NCBI GenBank assembly: GCA_963809895.1
Contig: CAWELD010000003.1
Coordinates: 2,464,001 to 2,528,000, forward strand
From: an uncultured Gemmatimonadales bacterium
Lineage (GTDB): Bacteria; Gemmatimonadota; Gemmatimonadetes; Longimicrobiales; Gaopeijiaceae
Reading direction: 5' to 3'
Length of the DNA stretch: 64,000 nucleotides
Shown here one piece after another: positions 46,844 to 56,800 of this stretch. The notes under the pieces were generated by a model. The model saw nothing but the letters and a program-made list of their open reading frames with translations, ran no database searches and was not told the origin of the DNA. The position numbers and the translations under genes are program-made. Each line of letters starts with the position of its first letter. Within the stretch, counting starts at the first letter, position 1.

Positions 46844-49269
46844 CCGCCCAGCTCGCCCATGAGCCTCTCCAGCACACGGTCCGCCGCCAGGTGCTCTTCG
46901 GCGACGCCCCGGGCGGCACGGGCGTGGCGCTCGTAGTCGGCCCGCACCCTGTGGACGCCGTCCACGGCCTCCTCCAGCGAGGTGAAGGGTACCAGGCCCC
47001 AGCCCGTGGGCAGATGGTCCGAGAACCCCGTGTCCTGCGCGAGCACGGGCCGGCCCGAGGCCAGATAGCAGGCGCTCCGGTCGCTGAACCACCCGGACCG
47101 CGACTGGACGTAGCCCGTCTTGGCCACACCGAGCTCGGCCGCCGAGCCCTGTACGAAGCGCCGATAGCGGACCGGATCCCCCGCGACCCGCCCCGGGTCC
47201 ACCAGGGACCAGCGGTTCTCCCGCAGTGCCCTGAGATCCTTCGTCTCCTCGGGGTGGATGGACAGGGCGAGCTCGAACCGGTCGCCGCTCTCACGCGGCA
47301 GGTCGACCAGACGGCGGAAGGCATGGGCTTTCTGGCCCAGCGTGCTCCCATTCCAGCGGATGGACCCGTATCCACGCCAGTTGGCCACCGTGGTCCACGC
47401 ATCCCGTGCGGGCTGCGCCCGGGCCGCCGGCCACTCCTCCAGCACGACCGGAGGAGCCGTCCGGATCCACTGCCGTCCCAGGGTCGGCACCGAGCACGCC
47501 GAAGTGCCCAGTGCCAGGCCCACGGTGACGAAGTGGGTGTGGCCGTCCAGACCCATGTCGACGCCTTCGACGTCCTGCCAGAGTTGGGTGAAGGCAGGGT
47601 CGAGGTCCACGTAGGCGCGCACCGGAATCCGACTCGCCAGCCTCGGCGACAGGACGCCCGACAGGTTCAGCAACAGCTCGGCCCGGTCGGCGACGCGCTC
47701 CAGGTCCGCACAGGAGAGCCCGACGGTCTGGCGGCTGTTCTCGAGAAGGAGCGTGGCCCGGCCTTCGAGCCCGAAGCGCTGCACCAGTCGTCGGAAGTAC
47801 CGGGCGTTCTCGGACCGCTCCAGGCGAGCGCCAGGGGGGCGGATCCGGTCCGTGCCGAGCTCCTCCACCAGGTGAACGTCGTGGCCCATGCGCAGCAGGC
47901 CCAGGACGTACTGGAGCACCGCCCAGGTCGCCCCGCCCTGTCCGGGCACACCGGCGACCATGCCACTCACGATCACCCTGCGACGGCCCGAGACGGTGCC
48001 GTTGCCGGGCGCGCGCCGGGCCTGCTCCGGCCCCTTGGGGTCATGGGACGGAGCACCGTTTCCGGAGTGCACGTCGCCGCCGGCTCCGGAGGGTGCCGCC
48101 GGCGCGGCGTGCGTGCCGGTGACGAGGGCCCGCTCGAGGAACCCGCTCAGCACCTTGCGCGCGTCGAAGTACTCCTGGGCGATGTGGCGAGCCGCCATCC
48201 GGTGGCGCTCGTAGTCGCGCACCACGTCTTCGGCTGCGCGCGCGGCGCTGCGCACGTCCTGGAAGGACAGGAGCCCCTCGCCCACGGGGATGCGGCGGCC
48301 GAAGCCCGTGTCCTGCACCACCACCGGGCGCCCGGTGGCCAGGTAACGGGCGGAACGGTCGCTGAACCACCCGCTGCGGGTATCCACGTAGATCCCTTGC
48401 GCCACAGACAACTCCGCCCCGGAGCCGCGCACGTAGTCCCGGAATTCCTCGGGGGTCGCCGCCACTCTCTTGGGATCGACGAGCTTCCAGCCGTGCCCCT
48501 GCAACATGCGCCTGTCCCGGTCGTCGTCGGGGTGGATGTCCAGCGCCACCTCGACGAGAACACCCACCTCTTCGGCCAGCCGAGCGAAGCGTCGAAACTC
48601 GTGGACCTTGAGTCCGAAGACGTGTCCGTCCGCTTCAACGGGCCCGTAGGACCCACGCCAACTGGCCAGCGTCGTGAAGCGCAGCTGCTCCGGGGGCTCG
48701 ACGGCCGGCCAGTCCTCCAGAACCACCGGTTGGCGTAGCGGGAGCCAACGGATGCCGCTGGTGGGGATGGGACACCCCGGCGTCCCCACGTTCTCCCCCA
48801 CGGTGAAGTGCACCTCGTGCTGATGGAGGCGCAGTCCCGTCTCACCGGCGGCGTGCCAGTATTGGGTGAACCCCGGATCGAGGTCCACGTAGGCCCGGCG
48901 GCGCACTCCTCGGAACACGGGGCGGTAGGACAGGTGTCCGCTGATGTTCACCAACAGGTCGGCCCCGGCGGCGAAGTCCATTACCGCGCCCAGGGGCAGT
49001 CCGGCGAGGTGCTCGCCTTGCGGAGTGATCAGGCTCGCCCCTTCGGCGAGCCCCCACCGCCGGGACACGGCGTCGAAGAAGGCGACGTGGGGACTCGAGG
49101 AGAGAGCGGCCGGATCATCGCCCACGCCCGTGACGGCCGGATCGAGCTCCTCGACGAAGAGCACCTCTGCGCCCAGGGACCGCAGTCCACGGACCCACGC
49201 CAGCCGGACCCATGCCTCTCCGCCGTAGGACGGCTTGTTCGCCAGCGCTCCCGCCACGACGATCTTCAT
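46840..49269 (-). CDS. Tandem two-domain atypical GT-B glycosyltransferase-like protein
   Basis: Two ~380-aa homologous domains (each GG..W, DLDP.FTQ, GWFSDRSA.YLA.GRPV..QDTGF) joined by a Gly/Pro/Ala linker. Confidence 0.8.
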   Translation of the reverse strand: MKIVVAGALANKPSYGGEAWVRLAWVRGLRSLGAEVLFVEELDPAVTGVGDDPAALSSSPHVAFFDAVSRRWGLAEGASLITPQGEHLAGLPLGAVMDFAAGADLLVNISGHLSYRPVFRGVRRRAYVDLDPGFTQYWHAAGETGLRLHQHEVHFTVGENVGTPGCPIPTSGIRWLPLRQPVVLEDWPAVEPPEQLRFTTLASWRGSYGPVEADGHVFGLKVHEFRRFARLAEEVGVLVEVALDIHPDDDRDRRMLQGHGWKLVDPKRVAATPEEFRDYVRGSGAELSVAQGIYVDTRSGWFSDRSARYLATGRPVVVQDTGFGRRIPVGEGLLSFQDVRSAARAAEDVVRDYERHRMAARHIAQEYFDARKVLSGFLERALVTGTHAAPAAPSGAGGDVHSGNGAPSHDPKGPEQARRAPGNGTVSGRRRVIVSGMVAGVPGQGGATWAVLQYVLGLLRMGHDVHLVEELGTDRIRPPGARLERSENARYFRRLVQRFGLEGRATLLLENSRQTVGLSCADLERVADRAELLLNLSGVLSPRLASRIPVRAYVDLDPAFTQLWQDVEGVDMGLDGHTHFVTVGLALGTSACSVPTLGRQWIRTAPPVVLEEWPAARAQPARDAWTTVANWRGYGSIRWNGSTLGQKAHAFRRLVDLPRESGDRFELALSIHPEETKDLRALRENRWSLVDPGRVAGDPVRYRRFVQGSAAELGVAKTGYVQSRSGWFSDRSACYLASGRPVLAQDTGFSDHLPTGWGLVPFTSLEEAVDGVHRVRADYERHARAARGVAEEHLAADRVLERLMGELGG

Positions 49270-50405
49270 GCCGACGCCTCCGTGGTGACGGCTTCGGCGA
49301 CCCGCGTGACGACGCGGTTCGCGTCCAGATGGCGCGCCGCCCAATCGCGCGCGGCCCGGGCGTGGCGACTCCAGTCGGCGTCCACGGTCCGCACCGCATC
49401 CACCGCTTCGTCCATGCCGGTGTAGGTCAGGAGGCCCAGACCGGTGTCCAGCCAGCCTGCCAGCCCCGTATCCTGCACCACCGCCGGGCGGCCGGCGGCC
49501 AGATAACAGGCGGTCCGGTCACTGAACCATCCGCTCCCGGTCTGCACGTACATGCCCTTGGCCACCGTGAACTCGGCGCGAGACAGACGCACATAGTCAC
49601 GGTAGTCGTCGGGCGTGGACGCCACGCGCTCGGGGGATTCCAGGTGCCAGCCGCCCTGAAGCAGCCTGAAGGCGTCCCGATCGTCCGGCTCGCCGATGTC
49701 CAGGGCGACTTCGAAGGAGAGGCCACTCTGTCTCGGAAGCGTGGCGAACCGCCGAAATTCGTGGACCCGCAGGCCGTAGGTGGTGCCCTCGTACACCACC
49801 GGGTCCCAGGGCCCGCGCCACGAGCCCACGCTGGTGAAGCGGGTGCCGGCATCGGGCGTCGGGCGCCACAGGTCCATGACCACCGGGGGCAGCGTGGGAA
49901 TCCAGCGCAGCCCGCAGTCGGGAATGCGACACGACGGCCGACCCACGTTGCCCCCGACGGTCAGGAAGGCGTCGTGGCCGACGAAGAGGTCGCACAGGCC
50001 CAGCGCCTTCCACATCTGCCCGAAGCCGGGGTCGATGTCCAGGAACACCCGTCGCCGGGCCCGGCCGAGGAGGTCCTCGTCCTCCAGATACCCCATGACG
50101 TTGAGCAGGAAGTCCGACGCGGCGAGACGCTCCCGGACGGCGGTGCGTCCGAGGCCCACCGGCTCCTCGTCCGGGCCCAGGTCCAGCGAATAGGAGTCCC
50201 CGAGTCCGAAGCCCTCCAGGATGTCCACGAAGCGCCGTACCGCGAGTGTGCCGCGCACCTCGGGACCGGGCTCCAGCCGATCCAGGAAGAGGACCTCCCA
50301 CCCGGCGTACCTGAAACCGAGTACCCACTGCAGGAGCGCCCAGGTGTGCCCGCCCCGGTCCGAGCGGCGGGCCAGGCCGCCCGCCACGACGACGGAGCCC
50401 CTCAT
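49266..50405 (-). CDS. Single-domain atypical GT-B glycosyltransferase-like protein
   Basis: GGHTWALLQW, DIDPGFGQ, GWFSDRTACYLAAGRPAVVQDTG; ATGA overlaps. Confidence 0.8.
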   Translation of the reverse strand: MRGSVVVAGGLARRSDRGGHTWALLQWVLGFRYAGWEVLFLDRLEPGPEVRGTLAVRRFVDILEGFGLGDSYSLDLGPDEEPVGLGRTAVRERLAASDFLLNVMGYLEDEDLLGRARRRVFLDIDPGFGQMWKALGLCDLFVGHDAFLTVGGNVGRPSCRIPDCGLRWIPTLPPVVMDLWRPTPDAGTRFTSVGSWRGPWDPVVYEGTTYGLRVHEFRRFATLPRQSGLSFEVALDIGEPDDRDAFRLLQGGWHLESPERVASTPDDYRDYVRLSRAEFTVAKGMYVQTGSGWFSDRTACYLAAGRPAVVQDTGLAGWLDTGLGLLTYTGMDEAVDAVRTVDADWSRHARAARDWAARHLDANRVVTRVAEAVTTEASA

Positions 50406-52075
50406 CGCGTCACGCCCCGGCCGAGCCGGTCGGTGCGTCCGGTCCTGTGATTGGGCCGCAGGCGATCGCCGGAGCGCGCGCCTTGCCGACGTCGGCCCGG
50501 CGCCCCGGCGCTGGAAGCCACCTCGCGCCCGGGCGTGCCTCCGTTGCGGCCAAGGCGGTAGATGAGGCACGTCTCGTCGGACCAGACGCGCTCGTGCGCT
50601 TCGTCCAGATGGCTGGCGAAGCCCCGGTAGTACTCCATCCACCAGAAGCTCGGCGCAGGCACCAGCAGGTAGTCCGCCAGGGGCCGGAGGCGCTCGAGGT
50701 GCTCGATGGCGTCGCGGCTGTCCCTGGGGTGATAGCCCGCCCAACGCCCGTCCTCGCTCTGGGGAAAATGGCGACCCGTGCGCTTGGGGAGCCGGACCAG
50801 CTCCGGATCGCCCTTGCTCACCACCAACACCGACGCGGTCTCGGGAAGGGCCGCAGCCACGGCCTCCTGGACGCCATGCAGGACCCGGCTCGCCGGCAGG
50901 TCGTTCCCGACGTCACGCCACGCGAGCCGGGCCTTTGCCGGCCGGTCCAGAATGCGCCCGACGGCCTCCTGTAGCCGCGCCCGCGACGCACGGTGCCCGT
51001 GGGCCCTCAGCATGCGACGACGACCCTTCGAGGCCAACGCTTCCCACAGTTCGCGGTCTCCGATCACACGCTCGACGGCCCGGGCGAAGGCCTCGGCGTC
51101 GGATGCGACCAACAGGTGCTCTCCGTCTCGAACGTCCATGCCTTCGACGCCCACCGGCGTGGCGACGCTGGGCGTGCGGGCCAGCAGGGCCTGCATCAGC
51201 TTGCGCTTGGTGCCGGCTCCGTAGCGAAGGGGGATCACGGAGAGCCGCGCACGGTGGAGGTAGGGCACCAGCGACGGCACCCATCCCACCAGGCGCACGT
51301 GCTCCAGCTCTTCGGCCACCTCGCGCACGCGTCCGTCGAGCCCGTTGCCCACGATCGTGAGCGGATGCTCACGCAACAGCGAACTCGGCACGAGAGGGAG
51401 GATGTCGCGGCACAGATACGCCACGGCGTCCACATTGGGAGGATGGCGGAAGTTCCCGACGAAGAGCACGCCCCGGCGCTCCTCGAAGGAAAGCTCGGAA
51501 GGGGGCACGTCGTCGCTGTCCGGCACCGGGTGGGCCAGGCCCGGATCGCCGGCGATATCGTTCACCAGGCCGGCTTCCTTGGCCGACACGGTGAGGACGC
51601 CGTCGGCGCCGGCGTAGGCGTTGAGCTCATCGACCAGCTCGCTGCCGTAGGCGGCATCGAGCCGGCCGGCGCCACCGTTCGCCGCACCCAGGAGCCGGCG
51701 GGCGTTGCGCAGCCAGTGGAGGTCCACGGTCTCGACGACGATGCGCGTCTCCGGCGACAGGCGACGCACCAGATCGGCGTAGCGGTCCGCCAGATACCAG
51801 AAGGCGAAGATCGCGACCTGGAATCCTCCCGCCGCGATGAGGTCCGCGGCCTGCCCGTCGAACCCGACGTGGGTGAGGACCCCCCGTTGACGCAGATGCG
51901 CAACGTGACGCGAGTCGTCGGGGGCGTTCTCACACACGAAGCACACGGTCCACCCCGCCTCGAGAAAGAACTCGATCAGGTGATAGATCCTCCTGGAGCC
52001 ACTCTCGCGGTCGTACTCGGGTGGCAGCGGCGCGCACACGAGCACGCGGCGTGTCGAGCTCGCTGCGGTCGTCAC
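50402..52075 (-). CDS. GT4 glycosyltransferase + unnamed C-terminal domain
   Basis: YDRESGSRR, ETVDLHW, LFVGNFRHPPNVDAV, PLRYGAGTKRKL, VATPVGVEG; GTG start overlapping upstream stop. Confidence 0.85.
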   Translation of the reverse strand: MTTAASSTRRVLVCAPLPPEYDRESGSRRIYHLIEFFLEAGWTVCFVCENAPDDSRHVAHLRQRGVLTHVGFDGQAADLIAAGGFQVAIFAFWYLADRYADLVRRLSPETRIVVETVDLHWLRNARRLLGAANGGAGRLDAAYGSELVDELNAYAGADGVLTVSAKEAGLVNDIAGDPGLAHPVPDSDDVPPSELSFEERRGVLFVGNFRHPPNVDAVAYLCRDILPLVPSSLLREHPLTIVGNGLDGRVREVAEELEHVRLVGWVPSLVPYLHRARLSVIPLRYGAGTKRKLMQALLARTPSVATPVGVEGMDVRDGEHLLVASDAEAFARAVERVIGDRELWEALASKGRRRMLRAHGHRASRARLQEAVGRILDRPAKARLAWRDVGNDLPASRVLHGVQEAVAAALPETASVLVVSKGDPELVRLPKRTGRHFPQSEDGRWAGYHPRDSRDAIEHLERLRPLADYLLVPAPSFWWMEYYRGFASHLDEAHERVWSDETCLIYRLGRNGGTPGREVASSAGAPGRRRQGARSGDRLRPNHRTGRTDRLGRGVTR

Positions 52076-53808
52076 GAGGTCCTCCCCGCCAGCGCCAGGC
52101 GCGCCCAGGTGCGGCCGTCGTAGCTGGCCGGCGGCTCCGGGAATCCCTCCAGCACGTGCGCCCATTTCTGGCGGAAGGTCTTCTGATTACGGAGCTGGTG
52201 CCGCTTGACCCCACTCCCGGTGTCGGTGCCCGAAGTGGCGCCCTCGGTGTGCACCACCGTGGCCTCCGGCTGGTAGTAGACCCCCAGGCCCTCGGCCCTT
52301 ACCTGGAAGCAGTAGTCGGTGTCCTCGTAGTAGGCGGGCCGGTAGCGCCGGTCGAACCCGCCGAGCTCGTTGAAGAGGCTGCGTGGCGTGGCGAGCAGCG
52401 CACCGGAGCAGTAGTCCACCCGGCGCAGGTGGCGGTAGACCGAGGCGTCCACCTGGTAGTCGCCCCGGCCGAAGTTGGCTCCGGACCCGTCGCGGTAGAT
52501 GATGCCCCCCGCCTCCTGGAGGCTCCCGTCGGGATAGACCAGCCGTCCGCCCACCGCCCCGGCGTCGCACCGCCCCACGAAGGTCCTGAGCAGCGCGCCG
52601 AGCCACCCGGGAAGGGGCACCGTGTCGTCGTTGAGGAAGACCAGGTACTCGCCCTGGGCTTCGCGGGCACCCCGGTTGCACGAGGCGATGAAGCCTCCGT
52701 TGCGGGCGCTGCGCACCACGCGCAGCCAGGGATGGCGGGCTTCCAGGCGCTCGAGCCCCGCGGTGGTCTCGGGCCCCGAACCGTCGTCCACGATCAGCAC
52801 CTCGCCGTTGAAGTCCCGCGAGAGGGTAGAGGCGAGGCCCCGAACGCACGGCGCCAGGTGCGCGATCCCGTTGTACGTGGGGATGATGACCGAGACCGAA
52901 GGGAGCGTGGGCGGCGGACCGTCCACGTGCTCGATCCCGGGGGTGATCTCCAGTCCATCGCCGTTCCCAGTCCACGACTCCGGGAAGCGCACCACGGTGT
53001 GGGCGGCGACCCGCCTTGCCTCCGCCATGCGTCGGGGATCCTCCCCGCTCAGGGCCACCACATCGACGCTGGCGTCCAGATAGGGCAGGGACCGATCGTC
53101 GGAGGGAGGAGAGAACACGCTGCGGCCGGGCAGGCGAGAGGCGAGCTCCCGGCCCGTGCCCCAGTCCAGGAGCGCGGGCGCGCGCCCCAGGTGGCCCTCC
53201 CAGGCGTCCAGGAGATCGGCCAGTGGCTCCCCGTGCCCCACCCCATCCGCGCCGGTCTCGGCCAATCCGTACACGACGCCCACGTCGTCTTCCCGCGCCA
53301 CGACCCGGTAGCGGCGCCGCAGGTGCCGAGCCAGCCTGGGAAACGCCTCGAGCCACCACGTGGCCGTGGCGGGAAAGAGCAGGTAGTCGGCCCCGTTGGC
53401 TCTGGCCCACTCGAGATTCGCCACCGCGGCGGTGCCGTCGGCCGGATAGAAGCCGGCGTATCCTCCCGCTGGGTCTCGCGGGTAGTGCCCGGCGACGACT
53501 CCCGGCAGGTCCAGGAGTTGCTCGTCACCCCGGGTCAGGACGGCCACCTGCGCGCCCTCGGGCAGTGCCTCTGCCGCGAAACGTCGCAGTCTGCGCTTGA
53601 GGCGACGGTATTCCGACGGCGTCAGTCGATGGGAGTCACTGTTGTCGCGCGATTCCGTTTCCGCTCCGAGCCCGCCGTCGGAGTGCCGCAGCATCTGCCG
53701 AATCTCGTCCACGGCGTCCCAGAGCTCCTCTTCGCTGCGTGCCGTGTCGCGGCGGATGTGACGGAGCTCGTCGAGCACCTGTCCCAGGGCGTCTTCGGAC
53801 GTCGTCAT
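52072..53808 (-). CDS. Coiled coil + unnamed domain + degenerate methyltransferase + GT2 fusion
   Basis: ATG at 53808 (MTTSEDALG); SVIIPTYNG, VDDGS, FLNDDT, LQEAGG, VDYCSGA, YYEDTDYCF. Confidence 0.85.
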   Translation of the reverse strand: MTTSEDALGQVLDELRHIRRDTARSEEELWDAVDEIRQMLRHSDGGLGAETESRDNSDSHRLTPSEYRRLKRRLRRFAAEALPEGAQVAVLTRGDEQLLDLPGVVAGHYPRDPAGGYAGFYPADGTAAVANLEWARANGADYLLFPATATWWLEAFPRLARHLRRRYRVVAREDDVGVVYGLAETGADGVGHGEPLADLLDAWEGHLGRAPALLDWGTGRELASRLPGRSVFSPPSDDRSLPYLDASVDVVALSGEDPRRMAEARRVAAHTVVRFPESWTGNGDGLEITPGIEHVDGPPPTLPSVSVIIPTYNGIAHLAPCVRGLASTLSRDFNGEVLIVDDGSGPETTAGLERLEARHPWLRVVRSARNGGFIASCNRGAREAQGEYLVFLNDDTVPLPGWLGALLRTFVGRCDAGAVGGRLVYPDGSLQEAGGIIYRDGSGANFGRGDYQVDASVYRHLRRVDYCSGALLATPRSLFNELGGFDRRYRPAYYEDTDYCFQVRAEGLGVYYQPEATVVHTEGATSGTDTGSGVKRHQLRNQKTFRQKWAHVLEGFPEPPASYDGRTWARLALAGRTS

Positions 53809-56800
53809 TTCGGCCCTCGCTCGGGCGTGGGGTTGATGCAGGACAGAGCGCCGAACAGCTCGGCCTCCAGGGCTTCGGCTTCGGCGACGACCTCCGGATC
53901 CGGCAGGTCGTGGCCCGGTGGCTCCGGCCTCGATCCGGAGCTGTTGATCCTCCGGCGCAGCGGAAGGAGGCAGTCCTCCGACCACGGTTCGCCGACGAAC
54001 TCCAGGCAACTCCTCACCACGGAGGCGGGCGAGGACACCAGGTCCCGGTGCAGCACCCGCAGGATGCGCGCCGGCCCCAGTGTCTCCTCGGCCTGAAGGC
54101 ACGCCCTCACGTGACGGACCCAGCGCACCCACGCCTCGGTGGCGGTGTGCGGCCGGCCGCCGATGTGATGGAAGGCTCGCAAGGAACGGACCACCGGCGC
54201 CGGCTCCCGCAGGAGATGGATGAAGCGAGCCTCGGGGAACAGCTCGGCGAGACCGTCGACGAAGAAGGAGTTCTCCGGAGTGCCGTCGACCCAGCGAGAC
54301 TTGGGATCGTCGGGAGAACGGGCCCGGGCGAAGACATTGTCCTGGGCCACCCGTCGCTCGGGCCAATCCCGGTGCGCCAGGACCAGGCCGTCCACCGTGC
54401 GGCCGAAGGAGCGCATGAAGGTGTCGCGATCGATGCCCTGTGCGCTGATCTGGGAGCGCTCGTCGCGAGACGTGCCCAGCTCGAACGCCTCTCGCAGTCC
54501 CTTGTGGAGGCGCCCGAACCACACGGTCTCCTCGAGGGGGTAGAGGTTCGGGTGCTGTCCCAGCGCCCAGGTGAGCACGCTGGTGCCGGAGCGGGGCGAG
54601 CCGATGATGAGCACCGGGCGCGGCTCCGGAGCCGGATCCCGGCCGTTCAGACGAAACAGACGAAGATCCTCGGTACGCATGATCTCCTCTCCCTCGCGGT
54701 CCAGGTGGACCCGAAGCCCGTCGTAGTGGTCCAGCCACCAGAAGGCGGGCTCGGGCAGCAGGAGGTAGTCGGCACCCCGGCGGCGGAGCGCCCGCAGATG
54801 AGAGACGGCTTCGGCATCGGTACCCGGGTAGAAGCCGGCCCACACGCCGTCGCCACGGTTCGGGAAGTGCCAGCCGGTCCGGCCGGACAGCCGCACGAGC
54901 TCCTCGTCGCCCCGACTGACCACCGCCACAGTGGACCCCGACGGGAGGCGCTGCTCGACGGTCTCCCGCACGCGCTCCACCAGCCTCCGGTAACGAGCGT
55001 CGGGACCCCGGCGCTCCCGCGTCCAGGTGCACCCCCACTTGGCTTCGAAGCGGCGGCGGTTCGCCTCGAAGAGCCGGCCGTAGCTTCCGTCGGCCACCAA
55101 CTCGCCGAACGAGGCCTCGCCCAGATGGTGGACCAGCACGTCCTCGGCGCACAGCAGACGGTAGCCCGCCGAGGTCAGGCGGCGGGAGTAGTCGTCGTCT
55201 TCGAAGAGCCCCCGGCCGAACTCCTCGTCCAGGGGGCCCACGCGTCGCCATGTCTCCCGGCGCAGCGCCAGACAGAAGAGGGCGAGCATGGCCGCCTCTC
55301 GTGCCTCACCCACCCGCTCCACCCGGCGCCGGCGTGCCAGCCTGAGGTACTCGCCGTAGGTGTCCGGCCGGTCGGCCACCTCCGCCTCGGTGCCGATGCG
55401 GTTGGTCACCGGGTTCACGGCCCCCACCTCGTCGTCGCGCAGGTGGACGAGGAGACCGTCGAGCCAACCCGGAGCGACGGCCGTGTCGTTGTTGAGGAAG
55501 ACCAGCACGTCGCCGAGGGCCGCCGCGGCGCCGACGTTGCAAGCGCGAGCGAACCCCTCGTTGGCGGGATTCAGGATCGGCCTCACCCGCCGGTCGTGCG
55601 CCGCCAACGCCCGCAGGTAGCCCGGCGTGCCGTCGCTGGATCCGTTGTCCACCACCACGACTTCGAAGGGCACGTCGGCCCCGTGCTCGAGAAGGCTCTC
55701 GAGACAGAGACGAGTCAGGGCCAGGTTGTCCCAGGTGACCACCACCACGCTGGCCGACGGTGTCACCGAGGCACCGTTTCGTGTGGTCGCCGCCGGGTCG
55801 CCACGCAACGCGGGCATCGCGCCGACGGCCGGCAGCGGTCGGTCCAGCAGCAACCGCTCGGTGGCGCCGTCCAGCCGCAGCGGTCGCCGGGAGCGTGGCT
55901 CGATGGCCAGGTCCAGGGGGACGGGCGGCAGGCCACCGAGCTCGGGGGCCGGCGACGGATGCGAGCGGCCCGGTCCCTCGACCCCCACGTCGGCCAGGAG
56001 CCGCGGCAGCACCACACGGTAGTCGAAGCACGCCCGTGCCACCTCGTGGGCGGCCCGGGACGCTGCCGCGTGGTCCGATTCGATGACCTCCAGCGCCGAC
56101 AGGATGTCGTCCATGTCCTGGAAGCCGAAGAGCCCCTGGCCCGTGGGCAGGACATGGCTGAAGCCGGTCTCCTGGGTGACCACGGGCCTGCCAGCGGCCA
56201 GATAGGTGGCGCTGCGGTCGCTGAACCAGCCGCTACGCAGGCGCACGTTCTGGTCCTTGGCCACGGTGAATTCACCCCTGGACCCGCGCAGGTACTCGCG
56301 GTAGGGCTCGAGCTCCAGCGAGAATTCCGACGCCTCCCGCACACGCCAGCCGTGGGACTCCAGCAGCGCGCGATCCGCGGGCTTGAAGCTGCTGAGCGCC
56401 AGCTCGAACTCGCGCCCGCAGCGCCCGGGAAGATCCAGGAACTTCCTGAACTCCCGGTCCTTGCTCCAGTGGTAGGTCTCGTGTCGGTAGCGGATCTCAC
56501 GGAACGGCTGGTGCCAATTCGCCACCGTCGTGTAGGCCGATCCCACCTCTGCCGTGGGCTCCCAGAAGTCCAGCACCACCGGCTGGCGGGTCGGACGCAG
56601 CTCGAAGCGATCCGAGACGGGGAGCCCGCAGTCGGCTCCCCCGTAGTTCTCGCCGAAGGTGAGCCATGCCCGGTGCGCCTCGAGGAACTCGTGCGTCTCC
56701 TGGCGATCCTGCCAGAGCTCGATCTCCAGCTGCACGGGATCGGTGCCGAGGAACACCAGCCGGTCGGTGGCGGCGTGCTCGGGCCGGGGCCGGGTGCCGC

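Noticed and set aside
52072..55251. ORF-track 1059-aa version of the GT2 gene and other over-extended starts (33568, 24811, 19435, 12387, 12037)
   Set aside because: The extensions overlap real genes in another frame and are Arg/Gly/Pro-rich noise; true starts are fixed by RBS and stop/start overlaps.
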